This document shows, in pieces, positions 12,210 through 23,200 of a DNA stretch of 64,000 bases. Position 1 is the stretch's first letter, and every line of letters starts with the position of its first letter. The notes under the pieces are model-generated. The model saw only the letters and a list, made by a program, of their open reading frames with translations. It did not search any database and was not told the DNA's origin. The DNA lies in contig SMSO01000031.1 of NCBI GenBank assembly GCA_004764695.1, positions 5,934,761-5,998,760 of the forward strand, given 5' to 3'. The stretch comes from Schizochytrium sp. TIO01 (taxonomy: Eukaryota; Protista; Bigyra: Labyrinthulomycetes). The translations under genes were made by a program, and so were the position numbers.

Positions 12210-13177
12210 ATGTCTGCACAGGAGGTAGGCACGGGTCAAAGGATGCGTCCTCGGACGCTTCTTGAGATGCAACCGTACATGTTTGCCTACGGTCTAGGTA
12301 TTTCTATTTTCTCTCCTACTGCTTCCCTGTATCAGCTCGTCAAACTCAACCCGAAAGCCCAAATGGCGTACCCACAAATGGCAAAGACTGCCTTGCGTAT
12401 CTTGCCCCAACAAACTCTTCTAAAGATGGCGCAGATGAATGCTTGCACGCCGGTCAAAGAAAATCTTAACCCCTGGGCTGCATTTGCAATTGTTGGAGTT
12501 CTTCAAGGTAAGTGAATTTCTGCAACTTTAGCTGCTATAAAAATGAGCTGCCACCATGGGAGGCAGCTCCTAAAGCTATGCTAACACTGAGACCTACATG
12601 TCTTGTTACGTCGATGATCACAAAGTCTCCCCCAGACGAACATGCAATTAAACTAATGTCACCTGACCACTAACTTTGTGACATTCACTCCTCTCCTCAA
12701 AATACAGGCGGTGTCTATGGCCAAGCTAATATTTTTTTCACTCGAGCACTTGAATTGGGCACTAATCCGAGCTATCGCGGCATGTTCCGTGGCTTTGGAT
12801 TTGCTGCAGTTCGTGACATGATTTCTCAGGGTATTCCTTTCGTTTTTGCAAAACCATTTGAAGAGAACATTGTAAAGCCAATGTTCCCAGGCAAAGAAAA
12901 CAACGGCATGGTTTCCTTCATTACTCACTGGGGCTCTGTTTTTACATGTTCTGTTCTTGCCACTGTTGCAAGCCAAGGTCTGCATAACTGTCAGATTACA
13001 ATGCAATCTAACCCAGATTTGAACCACCTCACTGCTGTGAATAAGGCTTTCAAGGAAAATGGCGTTCGCATTTTATGGAGAGGCGCAGAGGCGCGCGTAG
13101 GCCTTCTTCTCGTTGTCAACTTTCTCAACGAGGTTTTGCTCAAGAAAGCATGGCAGCAGGTGCCTGCGGATGACTAG
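12210..13177 (+). CDS. Divergent mitochondrial carrier (SLC25)-like membrane protein, 255 aa; exons 12210-12507 and 12708-13177
   Basis: The two ORF-track fragments join in frame across a G|GTAAGT...CACTAAC...AATACAG intron (VGVLQG|GVYGQAN). Carrier-like segments include GMFRGFGFAAVRD and KENGVRILWRGAEARV, which resembles the [DE]GxxxxWRG motif. Confidence 0.75.
12508..12707 (+). other. 200-bp spliceosomal intron
   Basis: GTAAGT donor at 12508, branch point CACTAAC at 12668-12674, acceptor CAG ending at 12707; removal restores the reading frame. Confidence 0.9.
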
Positions 13178-15055
13178 ACTTTTATTTATCAGGTTAACTT
13201 CCCTTTTCTTCTTGTTGCAAGTACAGATGGTGTCTAGCGAGTTCAACATCTTTTGTATTTGTATATACTGCTCTCCAATTTCATTTTACTTTCTTGCCTT
13301 TGAATGGGCGAACAAGAAAGAAATCTGTACATTCATGTTTAGACAAGGCCACCTCTCTTTGTCTCACCCCAACCCCCGATGCCTTAACTCATGTATCCTC
13401 AACCTCTCTCTGTAAATATCTCTGTGCGTATCAAAACAGACGTATGTAAATCTGGCATCACAAATCGCGTGTCCTAGTGTAGACTACAGAACTAAAGAAC
13501 TTCATTAGAGTGTGTAAAAAAATAATAAGAACAAGTGTTGCTTTAATAAGCAGACACCTTCGAAGCATTTTGGGTGTGTAGGAGAAGGACAACATATTGT
13601 AAGAAGTGCTTATAAACGAGACGAAAAAGATAGGACCAACCATGTCAAGAACATTGGAACTCCTTTTTAGAACCTTACTCAAATTTTGATTGGACTAATG
13701 TTTGTATTAGTATCCAAATGTAAGGGAATGGTGAAAATAGAAGAAAGAAGATGTCGAATGGTGACAAAACTGAGACCTTGTCGATTTGTTGGGGTATTTT
13801 GCGGAGCCCAATTCAGGACACCCAAATGGAATTGATAAAAATTGTAGCATAGGAGCACTGCATTTGTTATAACCTTAATCATACACTGTTTACTTATAAA
13901 TTCTCCTCAAATATAAGGGGATAAATAAAGTTTTCCTTACAAATCTTTTAATCCTAATCCTGCAACTTAAACTAAAACTGTCTAATCAGTTGTATGCTTT
14001 CGCCTGGGCCCAACCAAGTCTGGCAAGTGTTCAAAATATGCTTGTATAGTGGTAATCTTTCTTCGACATAGGGTTTGAGAATTCAATCGATTCGTCGGTG
14101 TTTGCTTACTCATGAATTAGGATTTTGGAGATAGAGACTAAATCATCGCAAGTCTCCCCTACCATGGATATATCTTGTAAGAAAACCTGCATATACTTCA
14201 AAAAGGGCACCCACTATTATCAGCTGATCTGTTTACGACTGTGGCAAAGGCAGACAACTTTATTATAGCTTGGTGGCACGACGAGTATATGATATCGTCA
14301 ATATTACCTTCCTTGGTTGTCTTTCAGCTGATCTCCGTACTAACTTACCTATGAATCTTATATCCGGTATTACTAAAGGCTATTGTTATCCATTTCACGA
14401 TTTTCATTTTAACTTTTTAACTTTTTAAGATATACATATATCATACTATTATGATAGATATATATATATAACTTAAAATATATGGAGTATCAAATATATA
14501 TCGTTATAGGTCTAACACTACCAGGTACGTAGGTCAAGGTATATTTATTCATCTTTTTTATTTTATTTATATTATTACTATTATTGCAAGCTAAAGATAT
14601 CTTAATTCAATTGTCTAAGTGCTGGTAGCCATCAGACAAAAAAAGAAACAAGTGTTTGAATCTAGTAGCCTAATTCATAAGATAGGCTAGGGGGAGGAAC
14701 CTTTTTAATCACATATTAGGATAATGAAGCATTGAAAGCAACAAAGTCGGATAGCTATATAGCTCGCTGTCCCTTTTATTGCATCATCTCTGAGCTCAGC
14801 AGTGCCCGTGGGGGCTCTGCGCTTGTATATCTGAGCTCACAGCGAAGCGTCATCCTCCCATCCTCTTGCAGCAGAAAGTAGCAAGTTTGTCGTCTCTTTA
14901 CTGCTTCATCTTTCTGAAATTGACATTCTGCCTGCAAAAACGTAGGTAGCCTCAGGAACGAGCTTAGCCTGCGAGACATACACTACAAATTGTCGGCGCG
15001 AAGTTCTCAAACCCAAGACAACTTTTCACTCAAAACTCAAAAGAACACTTCAGCC

Positions 15056-16141
15056 ATGGCTTATCCAACATGGGCCCTCATTATTGGTAGTATTGTGAGC
15101 TCCGTTGCGCTAGTCATTGTCAACAAACAAATTTTTGTGCGTGGCTTCACCTATGTTTTCACGCTAAGCACATTTCACTTCATTTGGACTGCAGGTCTTT
15201 TGCAAATTATGGCACGAGGCCTTGGACTCTTTGAAGTCAAGCACGTGTCACCATTGCAAAATCTCCTTGTTGCTGCTTTCGGTGTTGGGTCCATCTGCCT
15301 TATGAACTTTTCACTCAAACTCAACAGTGTTGGCTTCTACCAAATGTTGAAGCTTTGTATTGTTCCGTGCTGTCTGCTGATTAGCGCTGTACGTTACAAT
15401 GAATACCCCTCACGGAAGATACTCTCCGCTTTAGTCTTGGTCCTTGCTGGTGTTGGGGTGGCAACAGTAACCGATGTCCAGCTAAACTTTATTGGTTCTA
15501 TGTTTGGTATAGCAGCTGTTGTAATTACTGCTCAATACCAAATTTGGCAAGGTCGCAAACAAAAGGACTGGGGTATGTCTAGTCAAGAATTGGCACTCTC
15601 TGTATCAACCTACCAGATCTTTGTTGGCGCAGTCCTTGCAATTGTTTTTGAGGGACAAGATTTGCTTTTGAAGCCTGCAGGGTCTGACTCTATTTTTAGT
15701 GACCCACTCAACCCTGATGCTGGCTTTATCTCTGAAGATAAAGCTGACGAAAGTTTTTACATGTCCCTTCCGATTCTGATTCTAATTTCATGCATTCTCG
15801 CTGTCAGTGTTAATGTACACTCGTTCGCCTTGATTGGGAAAACATCAGCTGTTACATTCCAAGTGGTGGGTCATGGCAAGACATGCCTTATTCTTGCTTC
15901 TGGATACCTTATGCATGTTTCAGAGGGTAATCCAATCAATGAATTATATAGAAACATTTTTGGCGTGGCAGTGGCACTGGCTGGTGTTGTGCTTTACAGT
16001 CATCTCAAGATTACTCCTGTTTCTAGCAGAGATCTGTATGATAGAACACTCCCCATCTTCTTGCTTCGTTGGCTGGAGCCAAACTTTGATGAGAAGTTCT
16101 CATATGACAAGGTGTCTCCCAAGGTCATCAATAACACATAA
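15056..16141 (+). CDS. Nucleotide-sugar/triose-phosphate transporter family protein (SLC35E3/UXT-URGT-like)
   Basis: Multi-TM protein with SSVALVIVNKQIF, NFSLKLNSVGFYQMLKL, GVGVATVTDV and IGKTSAVTFQVVGHGKTCLIL, typical of the TPT/SLC35E family. The first in-frame ATG is at 15056 (gccATGg); the ORF track starts at a TTG. Confidence 0.92.
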   Translation: MAYPTWALIIGSIVSSVALVIVNKQIFVRGFTYVFTLSTFHFIWTAGLLQIMARGLGLFEVKHVSPLQNLLVAAFGVGSICLMNFSLKLNSVGFYQMLKLCIVPCCLLISAVRYNEYPSRKILSALVLVLAGVGVATVTDVQLNFIGSMFGIAAVVITAQYQIWQGRKQKDWGMSSQELALSVSTYQIFVGAVLAIVFEGQDLLLKPAGSDSIFSDPLNPDAGFISEDKADESFYMSLPILILISCILAVSVNVHSFALIGKTSAVTFQVVGHGKTCLILASGYLMHVSEGNPINELYRNIFGVAVALAGVVLYSHLKITPVSSRDLYDRTLPIFLLRWLEPNFDEKFSYDKVSPKVINNT

Positions 16142-17697
16142 TAATAATAAATTGACCATGCTGCATCAGAACAGATATCCCCTCCAACACCCTTCATCGC
16201 ACCTTGACTTTATTTAGAGTTACCAAAGTTTGAAAATGCGTGGATATGAAATTCTTGCTTCTTGGTACTTCAATTTCAGTCTCTGAAGGAATTTCCCCCA
16301 TGCCTCTCTTTAGCTATCCATAGGCAATTAAGCTAAAGAAAGGTGAACCAACACCGGAGAAGAATGTATCATTCTTTTATTCCCAATTTGTCTTACTTAC
16401 AGGCTTTACAATAATCCCACATCTATCTTAGAGAAACAAAATTTCACCCACCGCCTATTCTTTGAAGCGACGTGCGGGAAGCAAAAATAAGGACCAACTG
16501 CAAAACCATCTATTAAAAAATACAAGCCAAGGATGCGTTTCTAATCCAGAATAGTTGCTTCCTGTGAATCTAATTGTATTCTGTCCTGACAACTCTAGGC
16601 ACAGAAACGGTATTTTGATAAGTCGACAAGCCGTTCAGGGAAACATAGGCTACGCAAACACGCCAAACAGCTTGATCTTGCTCTTCCAATAACTCAGACA
16701 AGTTAAGTCCCTCTTTTCATCTTTTTGGATCTTTAAAATGTGCCTTCATCCTTCTTTTGATGCGCTTAGTTTATAATATGTGTAATTCATAAACAACATA
16801 TGACCGCCTTATTTCGACACTGGTAAGATTAATGCGCAATTCTGCAAAATGTTGCTGGTTTTTTTTTTTTTCCTTTTTTTTAAGACCTTGAGTTTTGAGC
16901 CCTACGTCCATCTTTCGCTACCGGTGTTTTGATACTGAAAGAATCAACGGCAAAAATTTTAAAAATTCATTCCAACCTGTTTATCCATCTGCATACACAT
17001 TTACCAATCGTTATAATTATCATACTTTGTGATTTCGAAATTACAAAGGTGTTATTTCCTTGATCAAGTCAAAACGTAGCCATGACATTTTATGGGTCAA
17101 GTATAAGCAAAATTATAGCATCTCCAAGATGACATAACATGTTTCACCTCTAAGTTAAGTTTCAAAACTGGTGTCTCTCCTATAGGTCAAATATCACTCC
17201 TGCAACATAATCTGGGCTTTTTTCACCATTGTTTCGTCATGTTGAAATGCCATGCATAAAATGAGGAAAATTGCCTAAATAAACATCTCAACTTAGTGTT
17301 GTCCAAACCTTTGGTTCGGAGAGACATTTAGTGAATTTCAACATCTTTCATCATGTCGCAACATACCGTGCCTGAGGAACTGCTTCGTTCACTTCTTATA
17401 AATATTAATGGCCTCGTCATTGTGTTATAGAATTAATTTAGCAAGGACAACGTCCAAGGAAACATTTAAGTCCTTTGTCTGAATCTCATTTGTTACAATG
17501 AGTTACACTGATTTTAGCTATAATTTATTAGCATCTAACGAAATCTAGTCTTCAAAGCCGAAGATGTGAGAGACATCCATTGATTATACAACAAAGCGTT
17601 ATACTAGAGCAAAACTGATTAGAAAATTATTGGCAAAGATCACATTTGTTACGTTGTATTCCATTTAAGTAAGGGTAGCTCAACAATTTTCGAATAT

Positions 17698-20220
17698 TCA
17701 CAAAGTAGAAAAGGCACGCGACGAAATAGAGGCAGCTGAATGCGTTGGCGATAGTGAGTCCCCATCGGTATCGGCATCAGTATCCTTCTTAGACAAACCA
17801 TTAAGGCGGCTGCTCGCCCGGCTAGATCTGCCTGACCCAGATGACAGGTTACTGCTCAGATGCCGCTGGAGGTGGCGATGCTCGCGCACAGAATCAGAAG
17901 CATTTTGACCAAAAGCATCTATCGCTTCGAGTTCATGCAAATACTTGTCCGCTTCCTCTTGACGACCTTGTGATGACAAAAACTCTGTCATGTTTCGAAT
18001 TGAGCGAATTGTGTCCCGATGACCTGGACCATAAATAGTCTGGCATCCAACTAATTCCCTTCTGAAACACATTTCTGCTGCACGCAGCTTGCCCTGCTGC
18101 CACAAGCATTGACCCAAATTATACACAATATCAAGCGTCTGTGGATGCTCCTGACCTAGAGCCGACTCACAATCGGTAAGCGCTTTTCTGAAGAGTGACT
18201 CAGCTACGTCGAGCTCTTCCATATCCTGTAAGAGCACTGCAAGATTGTTACGCCACACCAGGACATCAAGATGGTGCCTCCCAAGCACCTGAGTCCCCAC
18301 AGACAAAGTACGAGCCAACAGAATATAAGCTTCAAAAAGCTCGCCGCGTTGTTGCAACAACAGAGCAAGCAGGTTTGCAGCGACCAAACTTTGGCGCTGA
18401 CTAAAACCATGCTCGATAAGAGAGCGCTCTAAAGTTATGCGGAAAAGTTGTTCGGCTTCATCAATGCGGTTTTGAGCCTGAAGAAGTCTTGCCAAAGCGA
18501 GGGCGGTCTCCATAGTATCAGGGTGGTGTTCTCCAAGACGGCATTGCCGGGCCTCCAGTGTAGCTCGCAGAAGCTCTTCGGCTTGAACAAATGCATGAAA
18601 ATGCTTAGCTTGCAAACATGCCAGATCGTGCGCAATACTCAGAGTTAGAGTGTGATCTTCACCGAGTTGGTCACGTGCAAGATCAAGCGCTCGTAAATAC
18701 TGCAGATTAGCTTGCTCCACGCAAACCAAGGACTCCAGAAGAATGGCGAGTTGATGGATAGACTGTATCGGTGCTTGATCAAGATCAGGGTGAGCGCTAT
18801 AAAGGTCGTTCAGAACCTCTTGAGCTAGAGCATGGAGCATTACTTGACCAACCTTTTCATTGAGCCAGCGAAAGCCTGATGGATGAGCGGCAGCGACAGC
18901 GTTCAAAAGCCATTCTTTATCCTGAGGCAAGGTTGTCTGACTTGTAGCAAAATCTGGGGTGAACGCTTCAACAGCAGCGCCAAAATCTTCAATAGCAGGG
19001 TGCAAGGTTCGAGCAGTCTCTGATGTTTCGGGGCAGTAAGCTAACACAAATTTGGATCCATAAAAAACCGCTTGCATGGACTCGTAAAGACACCATGACC
19101 TTTTCACAAGAACAGGTCCGTTTGAAGGATCCATAAATAGACAAGCGCATGGAATCGACTCAATAAGGCTGCGAACGCTTTGCAAAAGCTGATCGCGATG
19201 TAGCCAAACATCTTCACGAGCATATCCCTCAAGGTGCAAATGTTGGTCAATCGCAAAAATATCAATCCAAAAAAGTGCTTGCCTACGTCTTTGGCGTTTG
19301 CGCCCATTCACGGAGGTAGTCTTTGACGTCGATGTGAAATCCAATTCCCCAAGATTGGGTGTTGCAACGGCAGATATACAGGGACCAGCAATATCTTCCC
19401 CCCCGTGATGTTGGCCGTCCAATAAGGCAGCACCAGGTTCAGGAGTAATAATATGACCATCAATTTCCTTACCAGCAAAGTTCGAATGTGCGTCCCTACT
19501 TTCCAAAGCTTGTTCAAGGCATATTTGTTGGTGACCATCATTTTGTTCCTGAGCTCCTACAGCAGTACCTTGCCCAGTTTCTTCACACTCTTTCTCGGTG
19601 AGGTGAGCTTGTTCGTGCATCCCTATCGCGTATTCCTCATCGTCGCTGAACCCGTCGACATCGCCATCATAGTAATCATCGTCGAATGCATCATCACCTT
19701 CATAAGTTTCTGATGCTGCTGAGCTTCCATATTGGTATGCATTATCAACAGAGATAAGTGACCTTACAAGTCTTCCAAAATTACAATCCCAAGGGTGAAT
19801 GACATAATGCGTAGCTCTTCCTACGGCGTGCGGAAAACTACGCTTCATGAGGCCTGAAAGGGAACAGCCGTAGTCTGCTGTTTGTGGCATAACAAAGCGC
19901 TCGACCACCTCCCGCGTACTCATGTTTTCTAAATCGTGCTCAATAAGCAGATCCATCAAGAGGTCAATAGAAACACCTCGATCAGCGAGGTCCATTGGCT
20001 CGTCTATTGAGTCGACCTCATCTGATGACCACTCAAATCCTTCTGAGTCTGAGCCAAGCGCTGAAGCTTTACTTGGCGATGAGCATTTTGCGCTGCTACT
20101 TCGGGAAGCCGCATGCCCATGCTTTTGTACAAACGGCGCCATATTAGCACCCGGCACAGTAGATGTTTCGTTTAACTCTTGTTGCTCGTATTGATGGAAT
20201 AAACTCTGATTCGACTGCAT
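17698..20220 (-). CDS. 840-aa protein with an N-terminal HET/TIR-like domain and C-terminal kinesin-light-chain-type TPR repeats
   Basis: C-terminal ~42-aa TPR units (LGEDHTLTL, LGEHHPDTM, LGRHHLDVL, LGQEHPQTL, YGPGHRDTI). N-terminal motifs HYVIHPW, FWIDIFAIDQH and KRSWCLYE. Confidence 0.85.
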   Translation of the reverse strand: MQSNQSLFHQYEQQELNETSTVPGANMAPFVQKHGHAASRSSSAKCSSPSKASALGSDSEGFEWSSDEVDSIDEPMDLADRGVSIDLLMDLLIEHDLENMSTREVVERFVMPQTADYGCSLSGLMKRSFPHAVGRATHYVIHPWDCNFGRLVRSLISVDNAYQYGSSAASETYEGDDAFDDDYYDGDVDGFSDDEEYAIGMHEQAHLTEKECEETGQGTAVGAQEQNDGHQQICLEQALESRDAHSNFAGKEIDGHIITPEPGAALLDGQHHGGEDIAGPCISAVATPNLGELDFTSTSKTTSVNGRKRQRRRQALFWIDIFAIDQHLHLEGYAREDVWLHRDQLLQSVRSLIESIPCACLFMDPSNGPVLVKRSWCLYESMQAVFYGSKFVLAYCPETSETARTLHPAIEDFGAAVEAFTPDFATSQTTLPQDKEWLLNAVAAAHPSGFRWLNEKVGQVMLHALAQEVLNDLYSAHPDLDQAPIQSIHQLAILLESLVCVEQANLQYLRALDLARDQLGEDHTLTLSIAHDLACLQAKHFHAFVQAEELLRATLEARQCRLGEHHPDTMETALALARLLQAQNRIDEAEQLFRITLERSLIEHGFSQRQSLVAANLLALLLQQRGELFEAYILLARTLSVGTQVLGRHHLDVLVWRNNLAVLLQDMEELDVAESLFRKALTDCESALGQEHPQTLDIVYNLGQCLWQQGKLRAAEMCFRRELVGCQTIYGPGHRDTIRSIRNMTEFLSSQGRQEEADKYLHELEAIDAFGQNASDSVREHRHLQRHLSSNLSSGSGRSSRASSRLNGLSKKDTDADTDGDSLSPTHSAASISSRAFSTL

Positions 20221-23200
20221 CCTGTGAGCTTAAGTAATGTATAAAACAAAGGGACGAAAAGCTAACACAATTCTGTACAACACTTGTTTCGGTGGGAAAC
20301 GTCAACAGTGATCAGCAACAAGGCAGTAAGTTCTTCTAATGAAGCGATAGGAAAATCTCGAATGAGATAATTGAAGGATCCGATTCTTGCTTTTTCTCTG
20401 AGCGAGATTTGACTTGGGAACTCTAAATCTCTGATAATTGTCAAACGATTAGCTCCTGCACGAGAAAGCGAAAAACGAAAAATGGGCAGAAGCACTTTGT
20501 AGATGAATTCGGTTTGAAGTAGAATTAATTCACTTTGCCACGTGATGAAGATGAAGAAACCTATACACAAAAATACGAACACGCAGTAGGCGACTCCACT
20601 TGTGCACAAATATGAATAGACACCACAAACGAATTATAGACAGACAATACGCAAACAATACAACGAAAGATGGCAGATGAAGCAGCTCCAGCGACGGAGA
20701 CTCCACAGTCAAAAACAGAAATCAATTGCTCGCCCGTCCAAGAAAAGGGGGCTTCCCGAGGTCGAGAACTGCAGAGCAACAGAAGCAACTACAATTACAG
20801 CTACAGCTACAAAGACAGTACGACGAGGATAGTCTAAGCCCTTTTCTGGGGAAGACCACCAAACAGACAGGCAGAAAGGAAGACGCCCTTGAGATACAGA
20901 GAGAGAGAGAGAGAAGAGAGCGAGAGAGAAGAGAAAGGGAGGGTGGAAAAGAGGACAAGGAGCGAGAGAAAGAGAGCGCTTCGATGTATGAGACTTCAGC
21001 GGGGGCCAAGGGCCGAATGAGCTAGAAAGATAAAGCTGCAATAGAAAGCAGAGGCAGTCAATGCAGAACTAGCGGCTGAGGCGTCGATAATAGAGCAGCG
21101 CCGACCACAAGAGCCACCGAATAGGCTCCAGCAGAAGTGCAATGCCAAAGCTTTCTCTGCAGGGCTCCTTGGAAACCAGCACCAGAAAGTCTCAAGTAGC
21201 ACCTGAAACTTAAGTCCAAAAAAGTGAACAGGTGTCGGAGAAGGATGAGATCCCCCCAAGGCGAACGGGAGGAGCCAAGAAGGCGGCCAGAAGGCCTCTT
21301 GTGCTCCTCGAGTGGCCGCCACACGACGGCCGCCTCGACTTAGTCTGCTACTTGGTTGTTTTTTATTCTTTTATTCAAGCTGTTTGTATTATCTATTACT
21401 ACCATGGTAGTTAGCACTTGTGATAGGCCGAATGCTAGTAGTGGTGTTAACAATAGTCGTAGTGTCAGCCTTGCTAGTAGGTAATGCCTTTTGTTTCGAT
21501 CGTCATTTTGTTTCTTTTCTTTTTTCTTTTTTCTTCTTTTCTTCTTTTCTTTTCTTTTCTTTACATTCAACTGAGCATTGAGCACAATAATGAAAGCACA
21601 TGATGAGAATGATTTCTTTGTTACGACACCTTTCTCAGGTCATAGCAGTAGTGGGTACATAGCATAGGGCTTAAAAGGGGCCTAACACTTTGCAACCACC
21701 ATAGTGGTGAATGATGATGATGCACCAATGATGATGCTGATGATGAACAGAAGGCAGACGAAGCAAAAGACGAAGCAGAAGCAGAAGACGAGGAGCGAGA
21801 GATAATTGATTCCCAAGAACTCGAGTGGTTTCGAAACTGATAGCATGTTTACCTTCTTCTATCTATCAACTTGCTCTCTTTTTATAAAACTGAAGTATGA
21901 AAGTCCAACTTATTGGCATTACGGTCGCGGCTACCCGCCCAAGCAATAGAGCAATAGCACAAGACTAAATCAATTCAGCACTTTTTCTAATTTCAAAGCG
22001 ATTTTTCAAAGCTTCGCTTGAACCGTGTCTTCTTAATCTTTTCCTTCATCTCTGCCTCTCTCATCATAAACTGCCTCACTCATCCAGATAAATGGATTAG
22101 AGCTTTTATTCTGTTTCTGCAGAAGCATGGGCCTACATGGTGCGCATCTATCTGCCTACTAAGTCCTACTATATGTTTGTACTTTTATCACAACTCTTAA
22201 CATTCCAAAGAATAAATAAAAATATGAAAAATCATCTGTGCAGTGGGTAGACCCAAGCATTGTGCATGCACTTTAAAGAAAGTATTAATATTCTAGTTTG
22301 ACTTGAAGCTTTACCAAGTTAGAGAATTTCAAGATAGGAGCAGCAACCTCTAAACGTGAGATTTGTACCTACGAGTGTAGGTGGACAGAACTACTGCAGT
22401 TTAGTGCAACCTCACCATGTCATTGATGAAGAAAGCTAAAACCAGCTATTAGAAGAACTAAATATTGGTGTAACTAGAGCTTTTTCTAAAACTAATTTCT
22501 ATGTTGATATAAGTTATTTTTTTATTCATACCTATAATACTATCAATTTATTTAGGTCTACTAGCTGAATATTGAATGGAAATTTAATTTTAAAATCATA
22601 GTGGTAGGTTATTTACTTTTATCCTGCACCTCAGCTCTCCTAGAAGTTGTAGTAGGTAGGTACTACCCTAGCTACCAGCCTCTTTCTCCATTCTCTTTTC
22701 TGTCTTTGAGAAAATATTTTAATTTATTTACTATTTAGAAAAAAAGGCAGCTACCCGCAAATCTAGCGCATTGTCCTGTTTTGCCAATAGTAAATTTATT
22801 GATGCATGAATATGCAACGAATTAGAATAAGTTGAAGTTTAAGAAAGCCTTTAGGGTCTCCCATAAAGCAACACCCTAATAGTACCATCTGAAAGGCGGA
22901 AAATGAAAGCAAATCCTGAGAAAAATCCTATTTTCTGATAATAATATTTCTAACATAGATAGAAGTAGTAACAGTAGTAATAGGAGCAGAGAGGTTTGTC
23001 TATTTTTATTCTTTTTATCTGTGCCCAAGCCATTCGGTAGAGAGGAAGAAGAATAAGTTGAAGTCAAGGTATACATACCCTAATCATTGCTTTTTGCGTT
23101 CACCAATTAGAACTCTGCAACACCGCGATGTGAAGTTGCGCTAATAACTTGATGTTCAAGTACTTGCACCATAATGCCTTCCTTTTTTGTGTTTAGCAAA

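Noticed and set aside
12585-12690. CTGAGA and ACCTGA in the carrier intron suggesting a TPP riboswitch
   Set aside because: Lacks the GAUxxxGxxAAUxCxxGCGxAGG pyrophosphate-binding half and the P2/P3 pairing
21725-21840. Acidic coding-like stretch (NDDADDEQKADEAKDEAEAEDEERE...)
   Set aside because: No in-frame ATG or convincing splice sites; explained by GAT/GAAGCA low-complexity repeats
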